Source: Octopus sinensis (lineage: Eukaryota). From it: 64,000 nt of DNA. The notes beneath the pieces were generated by a model. The model was not told where the DNA came from. It made no database searches and saw only the letters and a program-made list of their open reading frames with translations. Positions 1 to 11,901 of this stretch are shown here, piece after piece. The position numbers and the translations under genes were made by a program. How positions within the stretch are numbered: the first letter of the stretch is position 1; every line of letters begins with the position of its first letter. The stretch lies in assembly GCF_006345805.1 (NCBI RefSeq), contig NW_021833036.1, positions 95,095 to 159,094 of the forward strand, written 5' to 3'.

Positions 1-287
1 TTATACTACACGTGTTGACTCAGAATGTCTACGAAAGTTCTAAGATGCGCTGTGCCTTATTTCTGTAAAATGGTAAAAACTATCGAATCTGTGCATGGAA
101 CCGGGAATGGCTTCAACACGCTGTAGAATCGGCCTCCGATAGGCGTGTATGAGTGTCCTTTGACCCATGACGCGGTGAACTCAATAGGAACCGGCTTAAT
201 CCCTTCCGGGTGAATACCCGTTACGAGGCAAGACAAGACACGCTGATATGGAAAAGTACAGGTCCGAAAGTCTTGACACCACCTATA

Positions 288-728
288 AATATTGGGCGAT
301 CTTTCGTCTCTAGTAGACCTTTCCGTCGATTTCCGTAAAAAAAATTTTTTTTTTTTTACATATGGGCTTGCGGGAACTTTTGAAGTAATATACATACATA
401 TACACATACACCGAGTAAAAAATTTCAGTTATCTCTTTCTTTCACACATTACTCTGTCTCTTCACACACACTAGCACTTCACTTACACAACATACTGTCT
501 GTCTCCCACACCTCATCAAACACACACACACGCACGCACACACTCATGTACATCAATGCTCCCATGCACGGTAACTTTAAAAGAACTTCCCTCGTCATAA
601 AATCGCTTTCTCTTAGTCTCTTTCGCTCTCATTACTTCAAAAGTTCCCGCAAGCCCATATGTAAAAAAAAAATTTTTTTACGGAAATCGACGGAAAGGTC
701 TACTGGAGACGAAAGATTGCCAAATATT
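288..728. repeat. ~100-bp inverted repeat pair (288-389 / 631-728), unclassified
   Basis: 631-728 is a near-exact reverse complement of 288-389; spacer about 240 bp with CA/CT microsatellite. Confidence 0.85.
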
Positions 729-764
729 GTTTTTATTTTCTATTATCAAGGAGACAGTTTCAGA

Positions 765-1535
765 CACCCATAAAAGTATTAACCATCTTACTAACAATAA
801 CTCTGAGCACCTTTTCAAACTCCACCCGTCTAACACCCGTGGACATGTTTACAAAGTCAGAAAACAGCACAGCTCTCATGACTTTCGGAAACATTTTTTC
901 ACGCTAAGAGTTGCTGAAGCATGGAACAAACTGCCAGCATCAGTTATTACTTGTCGGAGCACTGCATCCTTCAGAACTTCCATGCTTCCTGAGATTCGCC
1001 AACACTACACCTGATTTTCTCCCCTCCATACACACGCAAGCATGTATCTGACAACCAAGAGAATACCCTCCATCAGGCATTTGCCATATTCTGAACGACT
1101 TACTTCTCTGGGCATGGATTCATTGAAACTCCGACGTCTGGCAGCTGACTTGGCAGATACACATAAAATTATTAACCATCTTACAAACAATAACTCTGAA
1201 CACCTTTTCAAACTCCACCTGTCTAACACCCGTGGACATATTTACAAAGTCAGAAAACAGCACAGCTCCCATGACTTTAGGAAACATTTTTTCATGCTAA
1301 GAGTTGCCGAAGCATGGAACAAACTGCCAGCATCAGTTGTTACTTGTCGGAGCACTGCATCCTTCAAAACTTCCATGCTTCCTGAGATTCGCCAACACTA
1401 CACCTGATTTTCTCCCCTCCATACACACACAAGCATGTATCTGACTCATACACTGTTCACCTCCCAGACATTTGTATATTACTGCATATGCTTTATATGC
1501 ACTTTTGACAAGTTGTGGTACACCTGAGCACTCTC
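765..1535 (+). mobile_element. Two tandem 5'-truncated CR1-type LINE 3' ends
   Basis: Both encode ...NTRGHxYKVRKQHSSHDFRKHFFxLRVAEAWNKLP...EIRQHYT*, typical of the CR1-clade ORF2 C-terminus. Confidence 0.8.
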
Positions 1536-1951
1536 TTTACTCTTTTACTCTCTTTTACTTGTTTCAGTTATTTGACTGCGGCCATGCTGGAGCACCGCCT
1601 TTAGTCGAGCAAATCGACCCCGGAACTTATTCTTTGTAAGCCCAGTACTTATTCTATCGGTCTTTTTTGCCGAACCGCTAAGTGACGGGGACGTAAACAC
1701 ACCAGCATCGGTTGTCAAGCAATGCTAGGGAGACAAACACAGACACACAAACACACACGCACATACATATATATATATACATATATACGACAGGCTTCTT
1801 TCAGTTTCCGTCTACAAAATCCACTCACAAGGCATTGGTCGGCCCGGGGCTATAGCAGAAGACACTTGCCCAAGATGCCACGCAGTGGGACTGAACCCGG
1901 AACCATGTGGTTGGTTAGCAAGCTACTTACCACACAGCCACTCCTGCGCCT
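1531..1951 (-). mobile_element. tRNA-derived SINE family B (full copy)
   Basis: Head GGCGCAGGAGTGGCTGTGTGGTAAG...GGTTCAGTCCC, CORE-like CTTGGGCAAGTG, central TA/TG microsatellite, (AAAAGAGT)n tail. Other copies at about 7916-8315(+), 9652-10050(+), 20475-20797(-), 26270-26845(-), 31335-31748(-), 34035-34443(-), 41257-41845(+), 47345-47712(-), 55397-56090(-), 60047-60475(+) and 63866-64000(-). Confidence 0.85.
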
Positions 1952-1989
1952 GTATACAATAATCTCATTATTATTATTATTATTATTGA

Positions 1990-2220
1990 GTGAGAGAGCA
2001 GTGCATGCCATCAAAGTGACACTGGGGTAAAGTATACGAAGCCCAATATACCCATCATGACTACCCGTCTGATAAGGGTACACCAGGCACATGCATCACA
2101 ACCATATGTGCACGACATGGTGATCTCATAACAGCACATCACCTTGCAGGTGGGGCCCAGTTAGAATTTTTTTCTGGACGAGTAGCCCATCCTGCTCAAA
2201 AGGTCCCTGAATAAGGGTTG
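1990..2220 (-). mobile_element. Family F retroposon 3' end with (TAA)n tail
   Basis: Reverse complement of the 3' part of 25291-25685; abuts a (TTA)n run. Confidence 0.7.
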
Positions 2221-2254
2221 TTTGGTATTTTGGTTTTAGGGCCTCAATTCTGTC

Positions 2255-2440
2255 GTGGTGGTCAGGTCATCTCGAGTACAACGATGCTCCACAGATCTCG
2301 ATTCTCTGTCGTCGAATTTGTAAGGTTCAACATTTTGAGATCAACTGTCAGTACTTCATCCTATGTTTTCCTGGGGCTCCCTCTTTTGTATACCCATCTA
2401 TCACCCCTATCACTGCCTTCCTTTTATCTCCGTCAGCTGT
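2255..2440 (-). mobile_element. Decayed RTE (BovB-like) ORF2 C-terminus
   Basis: Reverse translation resembles RGxPRKTWDEV...DLKMLNL...NRDLW; similar fragment at about 24190-24390. Confidence 0.6.
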
Positions 2441-2449
2441 ATATCTCCT

Positions 2450-3262
2450 CTGTCATCATTGTTCAACCGGGGTCGAGACAATGGAATTTACCATGCTACG
2501 CTAGACTTCACGGTCCATCATGGCATTACGGAGGTCCTGTTGCTGGATGCCTGTATCCCTGGAGATTACATCAGGGTAGGAGAGTGTGCGCCCTCTGGTA
2601 TCGCGACCGTGGTCGAGACAATGGAATTTACCATGCTACGCCAGACTTCACGGTCCATCATGGCATTATGGAGGTCCTGTTGCTGGATGCCTGTATCCCT
2701 GGAGATTACATCAGGGTAGGAGAATGTGCGCCCTCTGGTATTGCGAGTAGATGGCTTCCAGAGGAGAAGAGTAGAAGTTACCTCTTTTTCAGCTCTACAA
2801 CAATGTCCAGCAAACTGGACTCTTTTACCTTTCACAATAGATGACACAGGTGGTAATTTCCCATATATTTGCATTTTCGTTGGATGACGCTTCCACGAGA
2901 GATTTTGAGCTCTCATAAGGAGGCGAGTGTAGGTTCCATCCAACCGCCTCTCAAGCTTCTTTGATAATGCCCAGGTTTCTGAGCCATGTAGTAGAATTGG
3001 TTCAACTGTGGCTTTGAAGATTTCAAGTTTGAAGTCCCTACTTAGATTTGATGACCAGATCTTATGCATATCATTACAGGCTGACCAGGCCATACCCTTT
3101 CTAGTTAGAAAATCTTTTCCAGATGATGATATGTATGACCCAAGATATTTGTAATCAGAAACCATATTTAAGGGCGTATTGTTGAGAGTATGGGTGATGC
3201 AATCACTGTTGGACAGGCACTTTTTTATATATTCAGTCTTGGCCTCATTGAGGTAAAGACCT
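2450..3262 (-). mobile_element. 5'-truncated RTE-clade LINE (RT C-terminus) with a 140-bp tandem duplication of its 3' end
   Basis: YKYLGS..., ATVEPILLHGSETW, RRLDGTYTRLL motifs; short (GAT)n tail; 2472-2611 repeats as 2612-2751. Sister copy at 19183-19670(+). Confidence 0.88.
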
Positions 3263-3268
3263 TTTTTT

Positions 3269-3651
3269 GAAGCACTCCGTCGGTTACGACGACGAGGGTT
3301 CCGGTTGATCCGAATCAACGGAGCAGCCTGCTCGTGAAATTAACGTGTAAGTGGCTGAGCGCTCCACAGACACGTGCACCCTTAACGTAGTTCTCGGGGA
3401 TATTCAGCGTGACACAGAGAGTGACAAGGCCGGCCCTTTGAAATACAGGTACAACAGAAACAGGAAGTAAGAGTGAGAGAAAGTTGTGGTGAAAGAGTAC
3501 AGCAGGGATCACCACCATCCCCTGCCGGAGCCTCGTGGAGCTTTTAGGTGTTTTCGCTCAGTAAACACTCACAACGCCCGGTCTGGGAATCGAAACCGCG
3601 ATCCTATGACCACGAGTCCGCTGCCCTAACCACTGGGCCATTGCGCCTCCA
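3269..3651 (-). mobile_element. tRNA-derived SINE family A
   Basis: Head GGAGGCGCAATGGCCCAGTGGTTAG (A box) ... GGTTTCGATTCC (B box); copies are highly similar to each other, suggesting a young family. Confidence 0.88.
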
Positions 3652-4148
3652 CATAATGGTAATACATACATTAGAAGTGTGTTATCATCATTGTGTCTGT
3701 TTCCCATGCTGACATGGATCGGATGGGTCATCATGTATATATATGTATGTTTCTGTGTCTGTGTTTGTCCCCCTAGAATTGCTTGACAACCGATGCTAGT
3801 GTGCTTACGTTCCTGTCACTTAGCGGTTCGGCAAAAAGAGACCGATAGAATGAGTACTGGGTTTACAAAGAATAAGTCCCGGGGTCGATTTGCTCGACTA
3901 AAGGCGGTGCTCCAGCATGGCCTCAGTCAAATGACTGAAACAAGTAAAAGAAAAAAAAAAAGAAAAAGAAAAGGAATAAAATAAACACAATAAGACCTTG
4001 TAAAAACTTTAGACCTGGGTTTGTACCCCCTATACAAATTTCGTTTCTGAGCCAGCGGTGTCATTCCTGTCTGTCTATGGGGAAACATTTGCTTGTTTGG
4101 AAACAGGTGTTGGCAATAGGAAGGGCATCTAGATTTTGAAAACCTTCC

Positions 4149-6453
4149 TTAACCTTTTAGCATTTAACCCTTTTCTTACTGTATTTATTTTGAGATGCTC
4201 TGTGTTTCTTTAAATTACTTTAAATATAACAAAGAATTTAGTAAAATAACTTTGTTATCATTAAGCTAGTGTTAGGAACATAAATTGTGACTAAGGTTTG
4301 GTGGAAGATTTTAATTCAAAACTTATGAAGACAAGACATTTGTACTACAGAGCCAGAGGTGGTTTCAGCCGGGGTGGTAACGAAAGGGTTAAGAATTGTT
4401 TCTCTATTATATATTTTAACCCTTTCGTTACCATATTTCTGTTGAGATGCTCCATGTTTCTTTCAATTACTTTAAATATAACAAAGAATTTAGTAAAATA
4501 ACTTGGTTATCATTAAGCTAGTGTTAGGAACATAAACTGTGACTAAGGTTTGGTGGAAGGTTTTAATTCAGAACTTATGAAAACAAGACATTTGTACTAC
4601 AGAGCCAGAGCCGGTTTCAGCCGGGTTGGTATCAAAAGGGTTAAGAATTGTTTCTCTATTATATATTTTAACCCTTTTGTTACCATATTTCTGTTGAGAT
4701 TCTCCATGTTTCTTTAAATTACTTTAAATATAACAAAGAATTTAGTAAAATAACTTGGTTATCATTAAGTTAGTGTTAGGAACATAAACTGTGACTAAGG
4801 TTTGGTGGAAGATTTTAATTCAGAACTTATGAAAACAAGACATTTGTACTACAGAGCCAGGGGTAGTTTCAGCCGGGTTGGTATCAAAAGGGTTAAGAAT
4901 TGTTTCTCTATTATATATTTTAACCCATTCGTTACCATATTTCTGTTGAGATGCTCCATGTTTCTTTAAATTACTTTAAATATAACAAAGAATTTAGTAA
5001 AATAACTTAGTTATCATTAAGCTAGTGTTAGGAACATAAACTGTGACTAAGGTTTGGTGGAAGATTTTAATTCAGAACTTATGAAAACAAGACATTTGTA
5101 CTACGGAGCCAGAAGTGGTTTCAGGTTGGTTGGTATCAAAAGGGTTAAGAATTGTTTCTCTATTATATATTTTAACCCTTTTGTTACCATATTTCTGTTG
5201 AGATGCTCCATGTTTCTTTCAATTACTTTAAATATAACAAAGAATTTAGTAAAATAACTTCGTTATCATTAAGCTAGTGTTAGGAACATAAACTGTGACT
5301 AAGGTTTGGTGGAAGATTTTAATTCAGAACTTATGAAAACAAGACATTTGTACTACAGAGCCAGCGCCAGTTTCAGCCGGGTGGTATCAAGGGTTAAGAA
5401 TTGTTTCTCTATTATATATTTTAACCCTTTTGTTACCATATTTCTGTTGAGATGCTCGTGGTTCTTTCAATTACTTTAAATATAACAAAGAATTTAGTAA
5501 AATAACTTCGTTATCTTAAGCTAGTTTGTTAGGACATAAATGGTGACTAAGGTTGGTGAAGATTGTAATTCAAAACTTTTGAAAACAAGACATTTGTACT
5601 ACAGAGCCAGAGGCAGTTTCAGCCGGGTTGGTATCAAAAGGGTTCAGAATTGTTTCTCTATTATATATTTTAACCCTTTTGTTACCGTATTTCTGTTGAG
5701 ATGCTCTGTGTTTCTTTAAATTACTTTAAATATAACAAAGAATTTAGTAAAATAACTTAGTTATCATTAAGCTAGTGTTAGGAACATAAATTGTGACTAA
5801 GGTTTGGTGGAAGATTTTAATTCAGAACTTATGAAAACAAGACATTTGTACTACAGAGCCAGAGCTGGTTTCAGCCGGGTTAGTATCAAAAGGGCTGAGA
5901 ATTGTTTCTCTATTATATATTTTAACCCTTTTGTTACCATATTTCTGTTGAGATGCTCTGTGTTTCTTTCAATTATTTTAAATATAACAAAGAATTATTA
6001 AAATAATGTAGTCATCATTAAGCTAGTGTTAGGAACATAAATTGTGACTAAGGTTTGGTGGAAGATTTTAATTCAAAACTTATAAGAATAAGACATTTGT
6101 ACTCAGAGCCAGAGCCGGTTTCAGCCAGGTTAGTAACGAAAGGGTTAAACTGGCCCTGTCTGGCCCAAATATTCCACTTTTTCTAGTGTTAAAACTAACC
6201 ATAACTGGCCTTTAACACCTAAGTGTCATCCTAAAAATAAACAACCAGGCTGGGGTCAGGTGTAGCTCTCTGGCTTACCAGTTAGCAGTTCTGCTCAAAA
6301 CGTCCGACCCATGCCAGCATGGAAAAATGAACGTTAAATGATGGTGATGAGGCCATTGAACTATTGAAGCTACAAGGCAGGGCATGATTAATTCAAAACA
6401 TGAATGAGTAATTGTTACATTTCACAGAGAAGGCCCTGAATGCCAGGGGTTAA
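4149..6453. mobile_element. Older TTAA-flanked MITE hosting the array
   Basis: TTAACCTTTTAGCAT|TTAA...TTAA|ACTGGCCCTGTCTGGCCC; compare the uninterrupted TTAACTCGTTAGCATTTAAATTGGCCATATCC at about 28221. Right end AATGCCAGGGGTTAA. Confidence 0.55.
4164..6148 (+). repeat. Tandem array of 8 piggyBac-type MITEs (period about 250 bp)
   Basis: Each unit is TTAA-CCCTTTYGTTACC...GGTAWCRAAAGGG-TTAA (about 221 bp) joined by a constant linker gaattgtttctctattatatatt; units start at 4168, 4420, 4672, 4924, 5176, 5425, 5674 and 5926. Confidence 0.92.
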
Positions 6454-6593
6454 AACCAGCTGTATCAGGCCTAAATTTTCTACCTGTTTTATTTGCAAAC
6501 AGGCCAGATCCAGCCTCTCACACCTACCCTACAATGTTATTCTTTAAAAAAAATACATTTACATCATTGAAATCTTGAAGCTATGAGATAATG

Positions 6594-7500
6594 TACTGTA
6601 AATCCTCGAGTATAATCCGCATTTTTTTCCCAAAATTTCAAGGTCAAAATCCCTAGTGCGTACTATATACGAGGTTAGTGGAGGCGCAATGGCCCAGTGG
6701 TTAGGGCAGCGGACTAGCAGTCATAGGATCGCGGTTTCGATTCCCAGACCGGGCGTTGTGAGTGTTTATTGAGCGAAAACACCTAAAGCTCCACGAGGCT
6801 CCGGCAGGGGATGGTGGTGATCCCTGCTGTACTCTTTCACCACAACTTTCTCTCACTCTTACTTCCTGTTTCTGTTGTACCTGTATTTCAAAGGGCCAGC
6901 CTTGTCACTCTCTGTGTCACGCTGAATATCCCCGAGAACTACGTTAAGGGTGCACGTGTCTGTGGAGTGCTCAGCCACTTACACGTTAATTACACGAGCA
7001 GGCTGTTCCGTTGATTCGGATCAACCAGAACCCTCATCGTCGTAACAGACAGAGTGCTTCCAAATACGAGGTTAAAAATGAAAAATATTTTCTAAGCAAT
7101 GTCCGAGTCTCTATTTGCTGCCTGGAAATGTTTATTCAGACGCATTTTGTGATGTCGGGCGCGAAAATACCTTAAGCTAAGCCTGAAAGCAATGAAGTCA
7201 TAAAAGAATCATCCATAACTTGCAGTAAGCAACATTTATTAAAATAAAAGTATTCAGAACACAGAATAACATGTAACAAAAACAATTTTCTGATGTTGAC
7301 TATGAATCTGATGATGACAGATTTACACAACAATGATGCTGACATGTTTACGGAGGAACAAATGGAACAGTTATTTGATGCTGAAAGTGATGTTGAATTT
7401 GAAGGATTTGAATAAATATTTTTGCTTTTGCTTTTGTAACTGATAGCGATAAATATGTAAAGGCAATTTACTTAATATTTATTTTTCTCTGGCATTATTA
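6594..7500 (+). mobile_element. pogo-like non-autonomous DNA transposon interrupted by a SINE A
   Basis: TA-CYGTAAATCCTCGAGTATAATCCGC end (also at 35732); relic C-terminus ...EQLFDAESDVEFEGFE* is typical of pogo transposases. Confidence 0.6.
6678..7063 (+). mobile_element. SINE A with 11-bp TSD
   Basis: ATACGAGGTTA at 6667-6677 and 7064-7074; the paralogous site at about 35805 has one copy of the target. Confidence 0.9.
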
Positions 7501-8315
7501 CTGTTATTTCTTTATTTTCTGCAAACAAATGGCACAAAAAAGCTACAAGGTCATTCTAAGAATATACAATCACATCATTGAAATCTCAAAGCTATGAGAT
7601 AATCCATGATTAATTCAAAACAGTGCTGAATAAATAAATATTACATTTGACAGAGTAATCAGAATGCTAAAAGCTTAGTAAACTGGCCAGATCTAGCTAT
7701 TTTAAGTTTAAACCAGCTATTTCCAGCTTCTCACACATACATATCATCATCATCATCGTTTAATGTCTGTTTTCCGTGCTAGCATGGGTTGGACGGTTCA
7801 AGGTGGTACCAGTTATGCACTGGGGTCGATATAATCGACTTAATCCATTTGTCTGTCCTTGTTTGTCCCTTCTGTGTATAGCCCTTGTAGGTCAGTAAAG
7901 AAATAAGAAATGTTAGGCGCAGGAGTGGCTGTGTGGTAAGTAGCTTGCTAACCAACCACATGGTTCCGGGTTCAGTCCCACTGCGTGACATCTTGGGCAA
8001 GTGTCTTCTGCTATAGCCCCGGGCCGACCAATGCCTTGTGAGTGGATTTGGTAGACGGAAACTGAAAGAAGCCTGTCGTATATATGTATATATATGTGTA
8101 TGTGTTTGTGTGTCTGTGTTTGTACCCCTAGCATTGCTTGACAACCGATGCTGGTGTGTTTACGTCCCCGTTACTTAGCGGTTTGGCAAAAGCGACCGAT
8201 AGAATAAGTACTGGGCTTACAAAGAATAAGTCCCGGGGTCGAGTTGCTCGACTAAAGGCGGTGCTCCAGCATGGCCGCAGTCAAATGACTGAAACAAGTA
8301 AAAGAGTAAAAGAGT

Positions 8316-8870
8316 AATAAGCCAGGCAAAATACTTAGCGGTATTTTGTCTGCCGTTACGTTCTGACTTCAAATTCTGCTGAGGTCGACTTTGCCTTTCA
8401 TCCTTTCAGGGTCGATAAATTGAGTACCAGTTATGCACTGGGGTCGATATAATCGACTTAATCTGTTTGTCCTCTCTGTGTTTAGCCCCTTGTGGGTAGT
8501 AAAGAAATAGGTATTTCGTCTGCCGTTACGTTCTGACTTCAAATTCGGCCGAGGTCGACTTTGCCTTTCATCCTTTCGGGGTCAATAAATTAAGTACCAG
8601 TTACGCACTGGGGTCGATGTAATCGACTTAATACCTATGTCTGTCCTTGTTTGTCTCCTCTGTGTTTAGCCCCTTGTGGGTTGTAAAGAAATAGGTATTT
8701 CGTCTGCCGTTACGTTCTGAGTTCAAATTCCGCTGAGATCGACTTTGCCTTTCATCCTTTCAGGGTCAATAAATTTAGTACCAGTTACACACTGGGGCCG
8801 ATGTAATCGACTTAATCTGTTTGTCTGTCCTTGTTTGTCCCCTCTGTGTTTCACCCCTTGTGGGACTGAA
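8316..8870 (+). mobile_element. SINE family C with tandemly reiterated ~186-bp core
   Basis: tRNA-like GAGTTCAAATTCC plus central GACTTTGCCTTTCATCCTTTCGGGGTCGAT domain (recalled as MetaSINE-like); (ATT)n tail in complete copies. Other copies at about 13462-13690, 23050-23447, 24410-25252, 28320-28742, 32950-33590, 51390-51783 and 60805-61040. Confidence 0.8.
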
Positions 8871-9128
8871 CTCAGAACCATGTTCTAATCATCTTTTCTC
8901 TTGGAGGCACAAAGCCTGAAATTTGTGGGGACGGAGCTAGTTGATTACATTGACCCCAGTGTTTCACTGGTACTTAATTTATCAACCCTGAAATGATGAA
9001 AGGCAAAGTCAACATCAGCAGAATTTGAACCTAGAACGTAGTCATTGGCGAAATACTGCGAAGCATTTTGTCCAGCGTTCTAACGATTCTGCCAGCTCGC
9101 AGCCTTGAACCATGTCCTAATAATATAT

Positions 9129-9511
9129 TTATATATATAAAGCTGAAGTTGTCTGTGTATGGCAGGTTTGGTAGCCTTCAACTAACACCATCTCCTCCGA
9201 GACCCTGCGGCATAAGTTGACCAAAATTGAGAGTATGATAGAAGAAGGCTTGCTCTTCATTCCGTAGAAGATAAAATTCAAATCGGACCATGTTAACACC
9301 AAAAATTACTTACATCAAAAAGGTGCTTTTTTTCTTTGAAAATCCCTATTTTTTACGAATTTTTGACTGCTGTGTTGCCATTTTTCGGTGTATTTCAACC
9401 AGAAAAATGTTCACTTAAAGAGAATAACAAGCTACATAATGCAAAATTTTTCAAAAATTCCAATTCTAAAGGGTCAAAACAAACCCGAGCAATGCTGGGC
9501 GATACTGCTAG
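9129..9511 (+). mobile_element. Non-autonomous Helitron
   Basis: 5' (T)TATATATATAAAGCTG; 3' hairpin CCCGAGCAATGCTGGG followed by CTAG|T. Confidence 0.85.
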
Positions 9512-10165
9512 TTCAGTTATAGAAATACAATACGATTTTTTAAACATTGAATAGCAATGGGGTCCACATAAATAAAATAGGAATTAAAGAGGTTCATAAA
9601 ACCTGGTTGAGAAACACTGTGTTTGAGGGTTAAAATAAATTTGGTATTATAGGCGTAGGAGTGGCTGTGTGGTAAGTAGCTTGCTTGCCAACCACATAGT
9701 TCCGGGTTCAGTTCCACTGCATGACACCTTGGGCAAGTGTCTTCTTGGAAAGCCTCGGGCCGACCTAAGCCTTGTGAGTGGATTTGGTAGCCGGAAACTG
9801 AAAGAAGCCTATCGTATATATGTATGTGTGTGTGTATATGTCTGTGTGTCTGTGTTTGTCCCCCCAACATCGCTTGACAACCGATGCTGGTGTGTTTACG
9901 TCCCCGTAACTTAGTGGTTCGGCAAAAGAGACTGACAGAATAAGCACTAGGCTTACAAAGAATAAGTCCTGGGGTCGATTTGCTCGACTAAAGGCGGTGC
10001 TCCAGCATGGCCGCAGTCAAATGACTGAAACAAGTAAAAGAGTAAAAAGAGAGTATTAATTTTTTTGTCTTTCTTTTGTGGTTGTTTTGTGTTTTACTGA
10101 TTTTTGTTTTTCTTTCTCTTTTCCTCCTTCTCCATCCCTAACCTCGCTGCTGCCATGACTACCAG

Positions 10166-10603
10166 AGAGGAAACTCCATGCGTCTGCTAAGAAACAAGCC
10201 AATTTTGGCAAACAGAAGAACAAGAATCCCAAGGATCGTGTTATGACCAGCCCAAAGAAGCGAGTTACTTTGAGCGACGTCGTACAAGTGATGCCGGTTG
10301 ATGAAATGTTAAGTCCAGCCAGTATGTTCAATGGAGAAAACGGTGTCCCCGGCGCCAAAGAGGGCCCAAACGCCAACAAACCCAAAGTACCTCAAACACC
10401 ACCAAAGTCTGTCCTGAAAAATTCCAAATCTGCAGAACGTAGAAAATTGCAGAATTCTTACAGTACAGAGACATCTTCTGTTAATGAACCTTCACAGGGG
10501 ACATCTTCGCAAGAGACCCCTCACAAGAAAACCCTTCACAAGAGGAGTCTGCAACAGAGACAGAATTACCTTGTCGAGAACTGGATGAGCAAGAAGCGCT
10601 AAC
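10166..10603 (+). CDS. GORAB: GORAB internal exon (first visible; low-complexity N-terminal region), apparent 1-nt frameshift near 10517-10522
   Basis: Pyrimidine tract plus CAG acceptor (10163-65) and AC|GTAAAT donor. Reads RKLHASAKKQ...PSQGTSSQETP, then one nt shifted SQENPSQEESATETELPCRELDEQEAL. Only the shifted frame gives the phase-2 junction needed by exon 14029. Confidence 0.7.
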
Positions 10604-11029
10604 GTAAATTTATTTATTTATTTTATTATCTTTTGTTCTTTTAGTTTTGTTTCAGGTGTTGGGCTGTGGCCATGCTGGGGGCACCATCTTGAAGGGTTTA
10701 AGGGTTTTAGTCAAGATTCTGTTACTCGTTTCTCTTCCTTCTTTTTTTTCTTTAAAGCACCCATTGCATTCTTGGGGTGTTAGGGAGGGCATCCAGCCAT
10801 AGAAACCAATCCAAATCAGACTGGAACCCGGTGCAGTTCTCCGGCTTACCAGTTCCACTCAAACCATCTAACCCATACCAGCATGAAAAGCAGATGTTAA
10901 ATGATGATGATGATAAGTCTGCTACATATTCTTATTTCTTGTGCTCTGGGACATATTTCTGGCATATGGTTTGCATAACAGACATGAAATATTCTAGTTT
11001 CATGCCAATGTCTGGTGTGGAGCGACATT

Positions 11030-11880
11030 TTAGCGACTCCTGTCAGAGGATTCTTTTGGGATCGATTTCCAGTCTGCTTTGTGGAAGTTCAGATTGGAGA
11101 GATTTCGGGTGCTTCCTTTAGGCTGTATGTCTCTGGTTACTTTTGGCCCAAACATAGACAGCTCTATTATGTTGTGATCCGAGACTAATGTCGGTGTCAC
11201 TTTCACATCATGAATGATGTCCATATTGTTCGTGAAGCAGAGATCCAGAATGTTATTCGCCCTAGTTGCTCTGAGCACAACTTGCTCCATGAATAAGGCA
11301 TTGGTCAGGTTGAGCAGAGACTCCACCTGTGCTTGTTTGCAATGAGTCATTCCTGAGAGCATGAGGCCTTATGGCCATTTGATGTTGGGGAAGTTGAAAT
11401 CACGCATAAGAAATATGGTCATGTGGTGTTCCATTTTCATGAGGATCTCTTTAATTCTTGTGAGGTAATCTTCAAACTTGCCTAAGTGATTTGGGGCATC
11501 CAGTTGGCAATATGTATTGCATATGACTATATTATGTTGTCTTATGTATACAATTAGAGTGTCACATACTGAATTTGAGTATGACAGTAAGACCTGGGGT
11601 GTGAGGTCATCACGGATGTATACAGTAATTTTCCCTCCTGTCTGTTTGCAGTATGGTATCTTTTGGTACATGTACTTCTGTATCCTCTATATCAGGTCTC
11701 AGGTGAGTTTCCACAAGTGTTATGCATAGGGCTTGATTGCATGCAGTAAGGTCTCCCAGGTAGAAAATTTTGCTTTTGTAGTTACGATGCAACAGGCCCC
11801 CAATATTTAGTAAAAATATTGGCATGACGACGGTGCTGGCATTAGGGGAGGCCATCCTGTGTCTGTTGATCATGGTGGAC
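11030..11880 (-). mobile_element. Decayed CR1/L2-group LINE ORF2, AP-endonuclease region
   Basis: Frameshifted motifs LVETHL, xDFNFPNIKW, TRANNILDLCFTN, SDHNII. Confidence 0.85.
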
Positions 11881-11901
11881 TTGTGCAGTGTCATACGTAT
11901 A

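Noticed and set aside
295-335. Hammerhead-like GTC/GAC-GAAA in the inverted-repeat arms
   Set aside because: There is no CUGANGA core and no stem III/GUH.
4164-6148. CRISPR-like repeat/spacer interpretation of the array
   Set aside because: The linkers are identical rather than unique, the units are about 220 bp with piggyBac TIRs and TTAA, the context is eukaryotic, and there are no cas genes.
1-10165. GORAB exon 1 (expected MAxWAGFSxxEL-like)
   Set aside because: No matching sequence was found; it probably lies upstream of the window.
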